Assembly (NCBI RefSeq): GCF_000372725.1
Contig: NW_005201493.1
Span: forward strand, 280,475 to 344,474
Direction: 5' to 3'
Length of the DNA: 64,000 bases
DNA from: Emiliania huxleyi CCMP1516
Taxonomy: Eukaryota
Shown here: positions 59,762-64,000 of the stretch, piece after piece
How positions within the stretch are numbered: position 1 is the first letter of the stretch
Layout of the letters: every line of letters starts with the position of its first letter
Translations under genes and position numbers: made by a program
Notes under the pieces: generated by a model
What the model was told of the DNA's origin: nothing
What the model saw: the letters and a program-made list of their open reading frames with translations, nothing else
Databases searched by the model: none

Positions 59762-62410
59762 TTACATCAGGACGCAGCTGCAGCTGCAGCCCGTCCCCGC
59801 GGGCGCGTCCTCGCCGCCGCCCTCCTCCGGCTCGCTCAGCACAACCTTCTCGACGCGCGAGACAGCCGCTGCGCGGACCCCGGGCCGCAGCCCCAGGGCC
59901 GCGTGGCCCGCGTCGCGCAGCGCGGCGCTCGAGTCGATCTGGCTGGGCCAGGCCGGCCGTACGGCCGCCCCGCGCGCGTGCAGCCCGAACTTGGCCTGCG
60001 CGCGCGCCTGCGGGGCGGTCGCGCGTCGGAAGATGGCGGCGATGCTGCCGACGAAGGCCGGGTTGCACCGCGTGTCGCCCCCGCCCGGCCCTCCGAGGAA
60101 GAGGTGCAGCAGCTCGGGCAGGTCGGCGAACGCCGTGGGCGGCAGGGCGGCGATGTCGGCGATGGCGGCGCTGAAGCCCTGCTGCACCTCCAGCACGCCC
60201 GCCACGCCAATGTCGTAGTCGAGGGGGGGGCAGTACGCCTGCCCGCGGGCATCCTCGAGATGAGCGGCGATCTGGAGCGATCTGGAGCGATCTGGAGCGA
60301 TCTCGTGGCGATCTCGTGCGAATCTGGAGCGATCTGGTGGCGATCTCGTGCGAATCTGGAGCGATCTGGTGGCGATCTCGTGCGAATCTGGAGCGATCTG
60401 GTGGCGATCTCGTGCGAATCTGGAGCGATCTGGTGGCGATCTCGTGCGAATCTGGAGCGATCTCGTGGCGATCTCGTGCGAATCTGGAGCGATCTGGTGG
60501 CGATCTCGTGCGAATCTGGAGCGATCTCGAGCGATCTCGAGCAATCTCGTGCGATCTCGAGGGGCGGGCAGTACACCTCGCTGGACTCGTCGCCGCTGCC
60601 GTGCAGCAGCAGCCGCCGCAGGGGGGCAAAAGCGGCATGCGGCGCGCGCGGCGAGGCGCACACCTATCGGTCGGTTCCTGGACGGTTCCTGGACGGTTCG
60701 GCCCACGAACCTCGGGTCCTCTCGGGTCCTGTCGACTCCTCTCGGGACATCCCCGCGCACACCTCTCCCGCGCACACCTCTCCCGCGCACACCTCTCCCG
60801 CGCACACCTCTCCCGCGCACACCTCTCCCGCGCACACCTCTCCCGCGCACACCTCTCCCGCGCACACCTCTCCCGCGCACACCTCTCCCGCGCACACCTC
60901 TCCCGCGCACACCTCTCCCGCGCACACCTCTCCCGCGCACACCTCTCCCGCGCACACCTCTCCCGCGCGGGCGGCCACTGAGCTCTTCACTAGCTGAGTC
61001 TCATTGCTCAAGCGCACACACCTCCCCCACGAGCGCGGCCACCTTGCGCTTGTACTCGCCAAAGAGGGGCGCAGAGCGCGGCTCGTGCGGGTCGAACGCG
61101 CTCATCATGGAGTCGATGGCCACGACCCGGTCCTCGGCGTCGATCATCACGTTCTCAGAGTTGCCGTCGTTGCCCCAGATGCAGGGCAGCCTATCCACAG
61201 CGGCGGGTGTGAGGAGACGCTGCGCACGCCTCGCCGTCGCGGCCCCAGAGGCAGCGCAGCCGGTCGTAGTTGTGAATCAGGATGTCAAAGGCGAGCGTGC
61301 GCCCGAGCATCTGCAGCTGCTCGCGGCCAGACGGCGAGAGCTCGCCTACCACACCACCCAAGGACCTGAACCCACACTGGATTCGGGACTCTGGAGGTGT
61401 GGTACCCGCCTCGCGCGACGCAGAGGAAGGGTGTGGCCAGGCGCGGAGCCATGAGGGGCTACGGGGAGCTATGGGGAGAGAGGGCGAGAGCTCGCCTCGA
61501 GGGCCAAACACGCGCTCGCAGCGCGCCGCGGCGGCGGGCGGGTCGAAGAGGGCGGTGATGGCGAGCCCCTTCAGCGAGACGCCTAGAAGGTTCCTAGAAG
61601 GGTCCTAGAAGGTTCCTAGAAGGGTCCTAGAAGCCCCTTCAGCGAGACGCCGGGCACGAACTCCATCACAAGGCAGGTCGGGACCGCGGCCAGCACGGCC
61701 GCGACGGGCGGCGAGGAGCGCTGCTTGAGCGGCTTGGCGGCGTCGAGCCGCGAGAGCGCCGCCTCGAGGGCGAGCCCCTCCTCGCTCGCGGTGAGCACAC
61801 ATCGCATCTCGGGCGCGCGCACACCCAGCGCGGTGCCGATGAGGTGGCCGCAGTAGTCAGCCACCACCTCGGCGTCGGGCTTGACCACCACGCAGCGCTG
61901 GCCGGGCAGCAGCACAAAGTACACCCCGCTCGACCGGCCGCCGTCGGACCGCTTGAAGTTTGTCGCCGCCGCCCAGTCCACGTCCCAGATCGAGGCGGCC
62001 GGCTCGCACTTGGACAGGTCGATGTCGCCGTGCACGCGCTGCCGCAAGTGCGCGCCGACGGCGCCGCGCCGCTGCCACGAGTGTGCCGACGAGTCGATGC
62101 TGTGCCACTGGGGGTATCGGGCGAGGACATCGTCGATGCTCGCCATGCGTTGGGCGGCGACCTTGGCTGGCAGGCTGTTGGCTTTGGCGGGCTGAGGCGG
62201 TGGCCTGGCCCAGCTGCTCTTTGCCTTTGTGGGCGGCGGCGGCGGCGGGGGGGGCGGCGGCGGCGGCTTTGGGCCCTCGGCAACATTGCCCTGGCGCCGC
62301 GCTCGGCTGCCCTCGGACATTGCCGACATTCGGTCCTTGACTGCATTCGCGATGTGCTGGGCGGCAAGCGCGCGGGCAGCGGCTGCCCGAGCGTCGCTCG
62401 GCTCCGACAT
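59762..62410 (-). CDS. Actin-fragmin-kinase-like atypical kinase, multi-exon
   Basis: WDVDWAAA..KRSDGGRSSGVYFV...VVVKP, LVMEFVPGVSL, LGRTLAFDILIHNYDR/LPCIWGNDGNSENVMI...VVAIDS. Confidence 0.8.
60267..60558 (+). repeat. Intronic 32-bp higher-order tandem repeat built from GATCT 10-11-mers
   Basis: gatctggtggcgatctcgtgcgaatctggagc repeated. Confidence 0.9.
60752..60968 (+). repeat. Intronic 15-bp tandem repeat (~14 copies)
   Basis: cccgcgcacacctct repeated perfectly. Confidence 0.95.
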
Positions 62411-63539
62411 GAAGCGATCCTGGATCGACAGGTCGCACTGGTGTAGGGAGGGCAAAGTCGGCGGCCGACAAGGGTCAAGACAAGGTTCAAACTTTATGGG
62501 GTGTGGTAGGGTGCACCCATACCGCGTTGGTGTCCAGTCCGAGCCTGGCTGTTCTTCACCTTTCTACCTACCTACCTACCTACGGTGTAGTGCTATTGTT
62601 GGCAAAGGTAGAAAGGTGAAACAAGACACAGAGCTCACACAGAATCACAGCGGGAGGAAAGCGGCGAGTCGCAATTCCAGGGGTCGTTGTGGCGGGCCAC
62701 CCTGTCCAGAAAGGCATGGATGCCAATCTGGGGTCTCTCGACCGAGCGAGTCTATGAGCCCTGCCTGGCCGCTCCCGGTTGTGGCAGAGGTTATAGAACC
62801 AAGCGTCGGAGATGGTGCGGGGGTACGGGTGTTCCAGGGGGTCACGACACGCACCGACCCTTCACGAACCGAAAGGCTGTGCCCGGGGAAGGCACAGTAA
62901 TCCGGCACGTGTTGGTCGCCCCATTCCGTTTAGGGCTAGGTCGGCTCAGGGCCCCGTCCACTTCCCTCCCACTTGGCGCGTGATAATGAGGAGTGCGGTA
63001 GGGGTAGACATTCTACCTCCCATCTAACCGCGCCTACCCTTTCTTGGGTAATGGGTAGACCTTTCACACCCACCGAGGTCATTACCTCTAACTAGTTCGT
63101 GCGTCCTGCTATCGCCCGCCTGCTTTCGTTGCATCCTCTCAGTGTGGTTTATGGTTTGCTAGACCCATGAGACCAGCCACGCCGCGCCCTCGGGCGCCTC
63201 CACCGCCGCCCTCAGCCACGCCGCTACGACCGTCGGAGACGTCAACTCCGCCGTCACAAGGAGTTGCCACCCAGGCCAGCCAGGGCAGGGGCGGGGGGCG
63301 AGGGCAGAGGGCGGGATGGGCGCTAAGCGGGAGGGAGTTTTGGAGCAGACGCCGCGCGGCCAGCGCGCCGCGCAGCTGGGCCCCGGTGGTCACCAGGACG
63401 GATCTCGACCCCTCCGGCACGAGCACCGCGCTCGTCAGCGACTCGGCAGACTATGCCGAGGAGCGCGTTCGAACAGCGCCCCGCCGAGATCTCGCTCTGA
63501 GTACATACACCCCACGATCGAGACCGCCGGTCGGCAGCC

Positions 63540-64000
63540 CTAAAACTGACTTGCCAGAGCTGCGGTCAGCTCCTCATTATCCGCCCGGACCTTCTCGAGC
63601 TCCGCGTCGCGCGCCGCCACCGCCCCCTTGAGCTCCGCCACCTGGTCGAGCGCGTCGCCGAGCAGCCCCTTGGCCACGCCAAAGTCGCGCAGCTGCTCCA
63701 CGCCGCCGCTCGCCCGCACCTCGGCGGCGTGGTCGGCCACGAAGCAGCGGCACTGCGCGAGGAGCCGCCCGTCGCCCATCGTGTGCGCCGCCTCGAGCAG
63801 CGGCACGGCGGTCGCCGGCGCGACGCTCTCCTGCAGCGCCTGCGCGCAGAGCAGCTCGAGGCGCGGCACCTGATACATCTGCGCCAGCTCCCGCAGGTCG
63901 AGCGCGCGCTGCGCCCTGCCGCCCGCCTCCTCGCCGAGGTCGAACTTGTCGGAGAGGAGGTAGTCGATGAGGGCAGTGAAGCTGGCGGGGTCGGTGTGGG
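63540..64000 (-). CDS. BTB/POZ (plus BACK-like) protein, 5' part outside the window
   Basis: TDPASFTALIDYLLSD...LRELAQMYQVPRLELLCAQAL...AVPLLEAAH...LLAQCRCFV, followed by a coiled coil. Confidence 0.85.
   Translation of the reverse strand, partial: HTDPASFTALIDYLLSDKFDLGEEAGGRAQRALDLRELAQMYQVPRLELLCAQALQESVAPATAVPLLEAAHTMGDGRLLAQCRCFVADHAAEVRASGGVEQLRDFGVAKGLLGDALDQVAELKGAVAARDAELEKVRADNEELTAALASQF

Noticed and set aside
2401..62410. Functional cluster of the gelsolin-like gene and the actin-fragmin-kinase-like gene
   Set aside because: About 50 kb apart with many unrelated genes between them; likely coincidence.

Overview
GC-rich eukaryotic genomic DNA. The organism is inferred to be a haptophyte such as Emiliania/Gephyrocapsa huxleyi, from the GC-AG introns, introns packed with 10-11-bp tandem repeats and degenerate TTAGGG arrays. 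Two assembly gaps lie at 6756-7482 and 55502-55601. Intron-rich genes encode a PX-gelsolin-PH protein, a zinc-site/SAM protein, an NhaC-family transporter, xanthine dehydrogenase, a DUF3556-like membrane protein, a fatty-acid-hydroxylase-family protein and an actin-fragmin-kinase-like protein. Between them sit intronless, often damaged cassettes: four ankyrin paralogs with shuffled variable repeats and a constant tail, two BspA-type LRR genes, an F-box-RCC1 gene and a 5'-truncated CFAP46-like ORF. Remnants of RLE-type (CRE-like) and Penelope-like retroelements are also present. Most notable: (1) many introns carry a direct-repeat copy of the adjacent exon including the splice site, suggesting intron birth by duplication plus filler; (2) a ~1.08-kb element with a 10-bp TSD splits a gene in frame and carries three tRNA-sized structured repeats; (3) a modular, library-like ankyrin family. 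All product calls come from motif recognition by eye, not database searches.
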